Positions 14,246-26,634 of a stretch of DNA of 64,000 nucleotides are shown here, piece after piece. Each line of letters opens with the position of its first letter. Within the stretch, counting starts at the first letter, position 1. Position numbers and translations under genes: made by a program. The notes below the pieces were generated by a model. It was given only the letters and a program-made list of their open reading frames with translations, searched no databases and was not told the origin of the DNA. This stretch comes from Octopus bimaculoides. Taxonomy: Eukaryota. The DNA is taken from contig NC_069003.1 of assembly GCF_001194135.2 (NCBI RefSeq), positions 37,426,076 to 37,490,075 of the forward strand. The letters run 5' to 3'.

Positions 14246-14282
<37 letters not shown>

Positions 14283-14737
14283 AACTGTAGCATGTGCAGC
14301 AAGTCATAAGTGGAAGAAAACCTAGAGTAACATTACCCAGTCTGCATCAAGTTTTAATTTTCTCATTTGTTTTTCAGGCATGAGAACAATCTCAACATGG
14401 CAGCTTCTAATATGACATGGGAAATGAAAAAGTGTGCATTGCTCATGGCCGTAGCTGTCAAATCTTAGCAATTCAGAAATCTTGACTATGACTGGGGCCT
14501 GCATATTCTGGGTTGGGAAAAAGCTACAGGAGAAAGTAATTCCTTGTTGACAATCTGGACATATGAATTTATCCAACGGGTCTAGGAGATCATCAATGAC
14601 AACCCCAGTAGGTTGAAGGGGCCCATTGCTGAGTAAGGATGGTAGAGTTGAGTATCAAATGAGTGGTGCCTAAGTATGAATCCTATGTGTTGAGGAGAGG
14701 GGCAGCTGATGCCTAACAAGACCCAAAAGAACCACTA

Positions 14738-15556
14738 TGAGGTGGTATCAAAAAGTTGCTGGACTAATTCTGTAGCGTGCCAAAAGATGGTAGCACATGG
14801 TTGCATGCACAGTGAGAGCTAGCAGGGACCTTCATGAAGCAGTGAGCTGAGTGATGTTGCTGTGTTTACATTGCAAGTTGTGAAATTTTGCATTAAACTT
14901 GGGAAGTCTGCTATGGAGACATTGAGCATGCTTACAGCAACAGCAACAAGACAATGGGGTTATATGCAATGTTTTGAGTGCTTCAAAAGTGGAAGAACAT
15001 CCCTGGAAGATGATGAGCAATCTGGGAAACCTGGCATGAGTGTCACCCCCAGAAATTTGGAGGAAATTCATCAGTTTGTACATGAAGATCATTGGAGGAC
15101 AATCAATGACATTTTGAAATGTTTGAAGGAGGACAATTGGCAAAAGAGATTGGCTCTGTGAAGCACGAAGAATTGGATTCTTCATGACGACAATGCACCC
15201 TGTCACTTGTGAGTTTCTTGCCAGAAACGACATGGTATTGCTTCCACACCTGCCGCCCCCCACCCCTATTCACCAGATTTAGCACCTGCAGACTTTCATT
15301 TCTTCTCCAAGAGGAAAATGTAGCTCAAAGGTGACTGTTTTAATACCATTGTCAAGATGCAGAGCAAATCACAGAAGGTCCGTGACCCACTTACTGAAAA
15401 CAACTTCCAGGTTGGATTGCAAAAGTGGCAGGAACACTGGGACCGGTGTATTGCTGTGAAAGGGAACTATTTCAAAGGAGATGATGTTAACATTTAGGTA
15501 AAGAAATTATTTTTTATTAAACATAACATGTCTGGGAACCTTTTGATGCCACCTCA
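14738..15556 (+). mobile_element. Internally deleted mariner with both TIRs and TA target duplication
   Basis: TA-TGAGGTGGTATCAAAAAGTT…AACCTTTTGATGCCACCTCA-TA; FCIKLGKSA.ET HTH, HDNAP, SPDLAP.DF. Confidence 0.9.
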
Positions 15557-15880
15557 TATGTGACTATATGACCCCTCAAATTATGTGCCCTCCAAGCTGT
15601 CCTGAATTGGAAACCCTAGACAGCTGCATCAGGGGCATATTTGGTGGGTGGGAGGAGGTGTAGTTAGTTCCCTCACAATGACAAGCTTTAATTTGAGGTT
15701 GTCGTTGTCGACATGATACATGGGATGGGCAGATGTAAGCTGATGTTTGCATGCAGCCAATTACATGGTGCCATGAAGGTCGACATTGAATATGTGCTAT
15801 TTAACAGGGAGTGTGATTTAAGTTCAGTGTTTTGTGTTTTACCTTGTTTTGTCTTGTTCTTGGTTACATGGCACACCCTG

Positions 15881-15940
<60 letters not shown>

Positions 15941-16439
15941 CATACATACATGCACACACAGCACATACACACATGCATACACATACACATATGCACATAC
16001 ACATATTATACACATACACATAAATATATATGTATATTTATATACATAAGTAAAAATTTACACATACAAACAGGTGTGTGTGTGTATGTGTGTGCGTGTG
16101 TTCGTGCATGTATATAAGTAAATAATTTTTGTTGTCAAAATATTTTTACATAGTCTCTCACAATGATGTGGCTTTTTGTTGACAATTAATGCTTATTGCC
16201 TAATTTAAGTAGATATTTACAGTATGCACATTATATGTGTATACATATATGTGTGTATGCATATATATATTTACATGAAGATAAACATATGTCCATTGGT
16301 CATAGAGTGACCAATGGTTTAACACCCATAAAGTGAAATTGGTCACTCATTGACCAGACATATATTTATCTTCGTCTAAATACATTATTGCTCTAACTTT
16401 TAGAGTGTACTTCTTTTCCAAATATATGATCCACTGATG

Positions 16440-16504
<65 letters not shown>

Positions 16505-16506
<2 letters not shown>

Positions 16507-16631
16507 TTATTTAAAAGCAGCAGAAATATAACAAAAAAACCGTTACTCTGAGTTTCACGTTCCCGATGAACGGGAACGTGAAACTCAGAGTAACGTTTTT
16601 TTTGTTATATTTCTGCTGCTTTTAAATAAAG
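16505..16631. repeat. Near-perfect inverted repeat (~61-bp arms, 5-nt loop)
   Basis: Arms 16505-16565 and 16571-16631 are reverse complements apart from one mismatch. Confidence 0.9.
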
Positions 16632-16701
16632 CATATTACTCTACCTCTGGTATTTGAGTACTCTTTTTTCCACCTTGTTGCACATTTTATGTGCTTACTC
16701 C

Positions 16702-16754
<53 letters not shown>

Positions 16755-18451
16755 ACACACTCACACACACACACAAACACACATACATATAGACATATAC
16801 ATCTGGCTGTAGAAAGTGGGAAAAGGTTGCTTAATGTATGTAGTGGTGGTTTTTATTTCTTCTTCCAAATCTTACGAGATTCAATTTGTTGTTGCTCCTC
16901 ATGCCCGAATCAAGGACAGCACCAATCATCAGAGTTTGGTCGGGTTTAGGAAATCGAAACCTATTAGGGATTCAAACTTCAATGGATTCTTCTCTGGAGA
17001 GTAGGAGCCCTTATATTATTTTAGGGAACACAAACAGCAAGAGAATCTTAACTGGTAATGAAATATCTGGGGACACTATAATTTAGATGAAGGAAGATGA
17101 GGAGGTGGAGCAGTTTCAGGATGTGCAAGTATATGTTCCTTAAAGAGACAGAAGTAATAAACTCAATACTGATGAAAGTTTCAACAACAGAAACAACAAC
17201 AACAGTCCCTACAATAGTGAGTGCTGTGGAATGATCCAAAAAGAAGCAAGAAAACAGCTGAAACAGCAGAACCTATAAATATGCATTGCATCCAGGAAAT
17301 AGTACTAATACATACCACACGCACACGCACACGCACACATGTGTGCGTGTGTGCAGGAAACACTCTCAGCTCAGTAAAAGATTCAAAACTAAAACACTGC
17401 ACATAGCCGAGGTACATAGAGCTTGCTTGGTAGTGAGAGCAATAGAAATAAGAGGGCTTAGTATCATCATCATCATCATCATCGTTGTCATCATTATCAT
17501 TGTCGTCATCATCATCATCATCAATGTCCATTTTCCCATGCTTACATGAGTTAGATGGAATTTGTTGCATCAGATTTCCCACTGGATACTCCACCAGTTA
17601 CCAAACCTCACTTGCTTCCAAGTAATGTAATATTTTCCTCTTGAGCAGACATGTTTCCCGGATGACTGGAAATTAATGACACTGTTTGTATGATGTTGGC
17701 AATTGATTTTACCTTTATGACATGATGCCCAGTTGATGAGGCGCGCACACACACACACACAGAGACACACACACACACACACACACACACATATTAATGG
17801 TTTTCTTTCAGTTTCCAGTTACCAAATCCACAAACAAAGAGGCTTTGGTTGACCAAGGGCTATAGTAGAAGAAATATACTCAAAGGGCAACATTGTGGGA
17901 TTGAATCTAAAATCACATGGTTGGGAAGAAAACTTCTTGGTCACTCAGTCATGATGACAGCAATGATGATGATGACGACGATGATGATGATTTTGGTACC
18001 CAGAAACAAACTTGTAGTGAAAGGGCAAAGTTGAGACTATTTCCCAAATGTATTAGTGGCAATGATATCTATTTATTGATTCTGGAGGGATGAAAGTCAA
18101 ATTTGAACATGGAAATTGAAAAGATAACTAAATATTATTTCTAATGTTGGCAGAAGAATACACATTTGAGAAGCTACAAGGAAATAAATTTACACACACA
18201 CACACACACATATAATATATATATTTATATATATAATTTATTTCCCTTCTAGTACATATGCAAGAAAATGAGGAAGCCCCCACATGCTCAGCAAAGTTTC
18301 TGGAAACAGTAGCCAAATATATGTCAATTATTATTATTAGTGTGTGTGTGTGTGAGAGAGAGAAAGAGACAGAGAGACAGAGAGAAAGATAAAGGATCAA
18401 CTAATTCCAGGTAACTTTCCAAGCAATTTCAAAGGCTTTATTTCATCGGTG

Positions 18452-18610
18452 CAGGCATGGTTAACAAGTTAAATTCCCAACCACATGGTTTTGGGTTCAG
18501 TCCCACTTTGTGGCACTTTGGGCAAATCTTTTTACCATAGCCCCAGGTTGACCAAAGCCTTGTGAGTGGATTTGGTTGGGAGAAACTGAAAGAAGCTCAT
18601 CATATATTTG
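18452..18610 (+). mobile_element. tRNA-type SINE; related copies near 17800(-), 22820(-), 48556(+), 55905(+)
   Basis: Shared core ggcac.ttgggcaa…gaccaaagccttgtgagtggatttggt…aactgaaagaagc. Confidence 0.7.
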
Positions 18611-19222
18611 TGTGTTCGTGTTTATGTCTCATTGTCTTGATATCACATGATAGCTGCAAACAAGCATCACCGTGTTAGAAGCAGTGTCATTAGTTTCCAA
18701 GCTTTCGTGAAAACATGTCTCGTTAAGGGGAAATATTACATTACCTGGAAACAGGTGAGATTTGGTGACTGGAAGGGCGTTCCAGCTTTAGAAAATCTGC
18801 CCCAACAAATTCCATCCAACCCATGCAGACATGGAAAACTGGACAATAAAATGATGATGATTGTGATTGTGATGATGGTGATATTTAAAAGGAAGGAAAT
18901 ACTGGATAATGTAGACCTTGATGTGCAAAAGGACAGATGGTCAAACTTGGAGTGTCTTTGATCATAAGATCTGCTCAATCAGGCTAACCTGGGTCTAAAC
19001 AACAGCAACAATACTTGGACTTAATTTCTTGACTCAAAGACAACTGCCAGTGAGATCTGAACCCAGAATGTATAGGGGCCATAATGTTAAAGAAGGAGGA
19101 AACTCCATCCTACCAAAATGTTAGTCTTTCAATATTGATGTGATTTTTTTCTTAATTGTGTTGTTTTGCTATTTCTTTCTTATTGGCTGCCATGTCATGT
19201 CATGCCCTGCTGTCTGTCCAAG

Positions 19223-19387
19223 GAGGATGAAGTGTTCTTACCGTGAAAAACCTATTGATGTCAAGATTCCAGATGAAGATGTTGTTATTGTGGTATCTAA
19301 TTGTAAACAAACACCCCAACAGAATTGTTGCATTACCATGAAACGAAATCAGAAGTAAAAAGGAAATGGCTAATAACGGATAATAAA
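19223..19387 (+). CDS. Candidate proximal terminal exon (phase 1 gives Gly-Gly-stop at 19228-30, then 3' UTR to AATAAA at 19382)
   Basis: Long AG-free pyrimidine-rich stretch ending ccAAG|GAGGATGA; paralogous to 40558; polyA signal present. Confidence 0.4.
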
Positions 19388-20150
19388 AGAATATAACAAT
19401 AACAACAGCACTAGTATTTGTTTGAAATCTATGTATTCGTCTCTTTCTCTCACTTCGTCTCTCGTCACCTTTCTCTCTTCACATACAGACATGACTGTAA
19501 GTATATATGTCTATGTGTGTGTGTGTGTGTGTGTATATTTAGTATTAGCTGAAGCTTTGTCATCTCTCATCACTCAGAATATCTTCCCTGGAAGCAATCC
19601 TCAGATGAGGACAGTGGATGGTGCTTCAGTATGTTTGGATGATACAGCAAGATTTCAACTTGTTGCAAGCTTCCAGTTTATGACTTGTTTTAGAACTCCT
19701 GCAATCTCTGTATTGAGGAAAATTCTCCAAATACTAACTAAAACCAAAAATCTTGAAAAATTATAAATAGGGAATCTGAATTAATCCTCAAGTGTCATCA
19801 TAAGAAAAAACTTTAATTATGACAAAGCATTCAAATTAGATTAAGCTAACATTCTGTTGACAGTGAGACCTGGATGCTGAAAACAAAATGCCTGATTCAT
19901 GCTATACCAACTAAACTACTCAAAAATTGTCATCTCTAATCATTTCTGTCTGAGAGCTGTTTCTAGACAAGAAACACTGAGCAATGAGATGTGAAGTGGC
20001 CTGAGCTAATAATATACAGAATAAATTCAGAGTACAGACATACTGAGTTCTATTCTCAATTAGTCTCTAAGAAGCATTTGCAGGCACAACCAAGTAATAA
20101 CACACATGCTCAGATATATACACATGCAACATACACGCACACATACACAC

Positions 20151-20196
<46 letters not shown>

Positions 20197-20410
20197 CACA
20201 CACATACATAAAAGCTTTGCACTGATTAAAGTACAGCCAAGCTTGGCTCATATGTTCTTCAATAAAGCATCTTTAACAAAGCTTTTAAATCACATTTACT
20301 CTTTTAAAATAGATATATTGAAATTTACTCCATGTATTATGTTTTTTGTTTAGTCTAAGCCTCTTTCTTTTATCTAATTAAGAAACAATCAATATATATA
20401 TAATTACATG

Positions 20411-20506
<96 letters not shown>

Positions 20507-20594
20507 TATATACATATGTATATATGTATGTATGTGTATGTTTGTGTATGTATATATATCTGTGTGTATATACATATGTGTGTGTATGTATATG

Positions 20595-20960
20595 TATCAT
20601 CATCATCATTGTTTAACATCTGTTTTCCATGCTGGCATGGGTTGGATGGTTTGACTGAGGGCTGGCTCCAACCTGATTTGGCAAAGTTTCTACAGCTGGA
20701 TGCCCTTCCTAATGCCAACCACTCCGAGAGTGTAGTGGGTGCTTTTTACATGCCGCCGGCACGAGACCCAGTCAGGTGGGCCTAGCATCGATCATGTTCG
20801 GATACTACTTTTTACATGCCGCTGGCACAGGAGCCAGTTAGGGGACACTGGCATTGACCACGTTTGGATGATAAATTTTATGTGCCACTGGAATGGAAGC
20901 CACTCAGGGAGCACTGGCCACAGCTACGATTTTGGTTTTACTTGACTCAACAGGTCTTCT
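20595..20960 (-). mobile_element. RTE-tail element; related copies near 17460, 22570, 52405, 53700
   Basis: (CAT)n tail plus tttccatgctggcatgggttgga…ctggatgcccttcctaa, matching the 3' end of the LINE at 12205. Confidence 0.75.
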
Positions 20961-21056
20961 CAAGCTTATCACATTGCCCAATGCATCAAGGGTACTGTTA
21001 AATGGGCTGGACTTGCAATACTGGCATCGGCCATGGCTGCGATCTCACTTTAGTTG

Positions 21057-21098
<42 letters not shown>

Positions 21099-22990
21099 CA
21101 TACATATACCGTTTAATAATCTGAATGGAGGCAATACAAGCAGAAACTAGAGAAACATAATTAATAACCACACACAAAATCCAATATATACACATATATA
21201 TATATATATATATATATATTCTTCTACATTTATAACACTGGTATAAAAATGCATCAGAATGAAATACCTGATGAAGAACAGAGGTCAATTGAAATGTAGC
21301 AAAATAAACTATCAAAAAACAATTAAGTTCTCAAAACGAGGCTGGAAGTCTCAAATATAATCTTCAAACGAGCAATAACTCATCCCATACATTTAACATT
21401 TAATCAGTAAAAAAGTGACACTAGTAAGACACTAGTAAGACACTAGTAAGACCATTGTGAGACCATTGTGAGACCATTGTGAGCTGTGGAATGGATCGTT
21501 CAACGCTATCAAACGTATTACTTGCACATCTCCAGCCATAAGAAAAGAAAATATAATATAGAAAGCATTTGTAAATATCTTGCCGAAAAGGATTAAAAAA
21601 GAAAGTAAAAAAAAGGTGGGGAAAGTGCAGGAGACCATTCTATGATTACTGTGTTTATGGAGATTATTTCACAGTTAGATTATTAGGAATAGGAAAGACG
21701 TCTAATTGTAAAACAACTGCTTTAACAAAGGCTAAAATAAAAATCTAGAAAAATAGATATAAAACAGGGGCCTTCCAGAATTGAACCAACACACCTCATT
21801 ACCTCTCACCTTGTATCCATCGGACTTGGTTCTTGATAACAGTCTCTCAAAGCTGAAGAATATGTCTGTCTGGTAAGAAATATTGTTCAATATGGAATGG
21901 ACTGATGAACATGCCGGACATCACATGCTGCTTTTAATGTGTTCAGAGTTCAGATCTAATGACTAAAGTCCTAGACAACTAACGTGTGCCCTTGACTGAA
22001 ACTGATTACTAGAATGGCTTCTCCAGACCCCGTATACAATGTAAGATAACAGATAATTAGTTAAATCTATAGTTTTACCCCAGCTGGAGTTATTTAATTC
22101 CCCCCCCCCCCCATGGTAACTACTTTCAACTTGATGGAGTGGTCCAATTAAGAGTTTACCTTGGAAACATTGAAAAGTCACTGACAGGATGTAAACATCT
22201 GGTTGGTTGTCCAGTATTCTGGCCATCTGTGCATTCATGTTCTCTGGACATTGTAGTTTGTTCATTTGTTTTACATCTGTTTTTCCATGCTTTCATGGGT
22301 TGGACAAATATGTTGAAGAATTGTTTTGAAGCTGGATGTCCTTCCTGGCACTGACACTCACCTGGTTTTCCAGTAAATGTTTTGTTAATTCTAATCCATA
22401 AGCTTTGAAGGCACAAAGTGTCCAAATGTTTTGTTGACAGGTGGAGCTGACAACACCACCATCTGCTGCACTGTCACACAAGTGATTACAGACGTAAACA
22501 AACGTACAGACATCAATGAATATGCATGTGTGTGTGTGTGTACATGCACTCACATCATCATCATCATAATATTTGTATGGATCAGATAGAATTCTTTGAG
22601 GCAGATTTTCTATGGCTGGATGCCCTTCCAATTGCCAATCCTCACCTGTTTCTAAGCAAGGTAATACTCTTCCAGAGCTTGACATTTTTTCCCCAGAAGA
22701 TTGGTAATGACGAAGTACACCACTTGTATGATGGTGAAGCTCATCTACAGCCATCATGTGATGTGAAGACTAGTAGACACAATCAGACACACATGCACAC
22801 ACACTTGCAGATATTTTCTTTCAGTTTCCATCATTCAAATCTACCTACAAGGCTTTGTTAAAAGACACCTGCCCAAGGTGCTGCAGAGTGGGTCTAAATC
22901 CAAAACTATGTGGTTGACAAATGAACTTCTGGATCACATTGCTGTGTTTGATTGCTTTTTAATTTCATCTATGACTTTCTTCCTTTTCAG

Positions 22991-23029
22991 GTCAATGTAC
23001 CACTTGTAGGCAGTGCATTAACAAGAACA
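22991..23029 (+). CDS. Candidate 39-nt Cys-rich micro-exon (GQCTTCRQCINKN)
   Basis: ttccttttcAG acceptor, A|GTAATC donor, phase 1-1, in frame with flanking exons. Confidence 0.35.
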
Positions 23030-23464
23030 GTAATCCCCTCAGACCTGGTGCCATGTGCTATTTGTCCTGGTTCTTGTCTTAATTAGTTCAAATCTTGGCA
23101 TGGCCTACTTAGGTGCTTAGGTAATAGATTTAATCCATTCTATAGTTCAGTACTCCCATCCAGCACCTTGGATGACCGAAGTGAAGTCTATTGTTTTGCA
23201 AGTATTTGAGCCTGGTTTCCAGTTTGAGGATACTATCCTCTAACCCTTCCATAAGTTTGAGGGACCTCATAAAAGTCATGGGTTCTATTTTTTCTTGAGG
23301 AAGATTAAAAATAGAAAAAGTCAGAATTGTAAACAGAAATATTTGAAGCCATGAGTGTCACAACATCTCACTGCCTCCCTTTGCAACTATAATATTGTGT
23401 GCTTAGTGAAAAAACAAAACAAAACTAATCAATCCTATGTGTGAACTTCTTCAATTGACTACAG

Positions 23465-23650
23465 AGCCAAGAAAAGAACCTAAAAGTACAGAGAACGCCA
23501 GTGTGCAAACTGTTAAGATAGGTGATGTTGCCAATTCACCGAAGACACAAAATGATACCCAGAGGGAAACGAAACCAGGTGTTTTACCAATCCATATCAA
23601 TGTGACCATGCCTCACATCTGTCAACCGACAACAGACAAACCCACTCCAG
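23465..23650 (+). CDS. Repeat exon R2 (…TENASVQTV…PIHINVTMPHICQ…)
   Basis: gactacAG acceptor, G|GTAAGT donor, 186 nt, phase 1-1. Confidence 0.8.
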
Positions 23651-25675
23651 GTAAGTAAATCACTGATCGATCTCTCTCTCTCTCTCTCTGATTGTGTCAA
23701 CCATCAACAGCTCAAACTGACTCCTGGGAGGTAAATCACTGGTCTCTCTGATTGTGTATCTGCTTGTCTGTGAATTTGTTTGATTACCTCTTTAATCATC
23801 TGACCATCAACTTGACTGTCTGTCTGACATCAGCTCTTGAAGAAATGTTGACAGTTGTCTATGGTTTGTTTCACTTTGACTTCTGTATACTTCATGTCAA
23901 GCTATTTGGCCCCTGACACCCAACGAATAGTTTGTTGTTGTTGACAACCTCTGAATTCAACCTTTATTGAGTAGAATGATGATCAAGAGCATTCCTGCAA
24001 TAGTAATACTGTCCTTTCCTCACCTCCCGCCCCAACAGGGACCTGGCAATTAGAGTGCTGTTAGTGATATTTGGCCCCTTATCACTTCTGACTAAGCAGT
24101 TCTATTATCAGAACAATTCAAGTTCAAATCATCTCATCTTTTTCTTATTTAAAATGGAAGAAGTGATTTTTGAGGAAGATTTAGCTGCTCTTTCTAGAAA
24201 GAGAGGTTAATCATACAAAGAAACTTTTGTCGGTTTATGGGATTTACGGAATCAAACATGAATAGTGGATAAAAAGACACATTGAAGACAAGGAAATTCC
24301 TGGTGGAGATCCTAGGTTTGATAGAATTATAACAGAACAGTGGTTCCCAACCAAATGCATGAACCCTTGGGGTTTCAGAAGATAGTATTTAGGGTCCATG
24401 AGCTGAGTTTAAATGGTTGCAGTGCAAAATGTCTAATTACTCACTATAAGGTTCATAAAAAATATGCCTAGAACTTTATACAGTTCTAGTCCAAGGTTAA
24501 CTTTGACCGGGTTCACAGCACAAGATAGAAGACTTCTGGATATGCAGTAACTGTAGCTGTGTGTTTGTTTGATTTCTGAATTTTGACAATTGAATTAGGA
24601 AAGGTATTAATGATATAGCAAGGTTTGAAACTGTTGCTATGAATATTGTATATTGTGAATATGGCATATGACATTCCATCTTGTGCATGCTCATCCAGAA
24701 ATTGCTTACAAGTGATATGAACATGAGACATAATGTTTTCACTGGCCTTAATTTAAAGGATCACATGTAAACACCAAATATTTTAATAAACTCTGTATGA
24801 TACATGAATATTTATGAATTATTCTCTTCATAACAGTTTTGACATCAGTAAAAATTCTTTATATACCTGGCTAAAATTCTTTATGCATCTGACCATGGAA
24901 ATCCATCTAGGTTAAATGAAAAAAATTCTAGTTTAAGTTTTATGAAATGGATAACTTATAAATCTTGTGACAAGTACATATCTTTTGGATTTCTATACAG
25001 CTACCATAAAGTTGAAAAAAAGCCACATTGTGTTGTGTTTTATGAAGCATTGTCCAACGACAGCATGAAGCCAACCAAATGTGACTGACATTTAAAACTA
25101 AGCATAAAGGAAACAATGAATATTTTCCAAGATTGCAGAAACTACTTTGACAACAAAAGTCAATGGAAAAACTTGTAACTGACTGATAATAAAAATACTG
25201 TTTATGTTGTATGATGTGTCTCTTTTAATAGCAATGAGTGGAAACTACACACAACAGCAAAGGAACTAATTCTGCCTGCTGCCAAAGCAATTACCACCAG
25301 AATACATGGAAACAAAGTAGGAAGGAATCATGATAGGATTCCATTACCAAACAGCACTGAAGCAGCATTGATAAAAGACATGTCTGATATTCATAAAAAT
25401 TAGTGAAAAGAGTAATTAAAAGTGAAAAGTATTTGTTATGATTAGGTATTTCTAATTGTGACAATTTAGCTTGTATTCCTAGTATGGATTTTGAAATAGA
25501 ATTAACAAATAGTTTATGTTTTGCCAATCATTCTAATCCACCACATACAACTGATTCATTATTGTAAGTAGGAATATTTCAGGTCATGTGTGTCACTACT
25601 TCACACTGTCTCTCCTTTTAAAGCTAAAAAATGTGACTAATCAAAAAATATTAATTAATGCTTCTTTAATTTCAG

Positions 25676-25798
25676 CTGCATCACAGCCAGACACTGCAGC
25701 AGAGCAAAAAAAGAAGCCTGCACTTAAGGAAATCAGTGTGCAAACTGATGATATGGTTGCTGACACAAAGGAAGATGTGGCCCCTGAGACCACTCCAG
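25676..25798 (+). CDS. Repeat exon R3 (…LKEISVQTD…)
   Basis: tttaatttcAG acceptor, G|GTAGCG donor, 123 nt, phase 1-1. Confidence 0.8.
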
Positions 25799-26086
25799 GT
25801 AGCGAAACTTATGAGTTCTCTATTTGACTAAAACCTTGTATATCCATCAGTTTGTGTGATTGCCTCTTTGATCCTCTGACTGCCAGCTCAAACCATTTGA
25901 CTGCCTCTCCAATGGACTATCAATCTATTTGTCGGACATCAGCTTCATTGTCTCTCTGTCTGTCTGATCAATTATGTTTGCCTGCATACCTGCCTGCCAG
26001 TCTTATTGTGTAACAATCTAATTACACTGTAACACATTTTGTTTTTGAATAAACTAATTACTGCTATGTGTAATCTTTAATTTCAG

Positions 26087-26209
26087 CTGCATCACAGCCA
26101 GACACTGCAGCAGAGCAAAAAAAGAAGCCTGCACTTAAGGAAATCGGTGTGCAAACTGATGATATGGGTGCTGACACAAAGGAAGATGTGGCCCCTGAGA
26201 CCACTCCAG
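26087..26209 (+). CDS. Repeat exon R4 (…LKEIGVQTD…), near-identical to R3
   Basis: 123 nt, phase 1-1, same splice signals as R3. Confidence 0.8.
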
Positions 26210-26487
26210 GTAGCGAAACTTATGAGTACTCTATTTGATTAAAACCTTGTATATCCATCAGTTTGTGTGATTGCCTCTTTAATCCTCTGACTGCCTCTCC
26301 AATGGACTATCAATCTATTTGTTTGTCTGACATCAGCTTCATTGTCTCTCTGTCTGTCTGATTGATTATCTGTTTGCCTGCATACCTGCCTGCCAGTCTT
26401 ATTGTGTAACAATCTAATTACACTTTGTAACACATTTTGTTCCTGAATAAACTAATTACTGTTATGTGTAATCTTCTTTAATTTCAG

Positions 26488-26634
26488 CTGCATCACAGCC
26501 AGACACTGCAGCAGAGCAACAAAAGAAGCCTGCACTTAAGGAAATCGGTGTGCAAACTGATGATATGGGTGCTGACACAAAGAAAGACATGCACCCACCA
26601 TTAACAGTTCAACTTATCGTAGAAGAGAGTCCAG
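26488..26634 (+). CDS. Repeat exon R5 (…LKEIGVQTD…PPLTVQLIVEESP)
   Basis: 147 nt, phase 1-1, G|GTAACT donor. Confidence 0.8.

Noticed and set aside
15688-16117. YIYIYI / VCVCVC ORFs (also near 20370-20785 and 34491-34943)
   Set aside because: Translations of (TA)n and (CA)n microsatellites
16860-17240. Possible additional coding exons in unique-looking intron sequence
   Set aside because: Stops in phase 1 after the candidate acceptors and no recognisable motif
18452-18520. tRNA genes
   Set aside because: Only tRNA-derived SINE heads; no complete cloverleaf seen
21843-21872. Small exon with ATG and a GTAAGA donor as the start of a second paralog
   Set aside because: The ATG frame ends in phase 2 and hits a stop when joined to 22991; could only be non-coding
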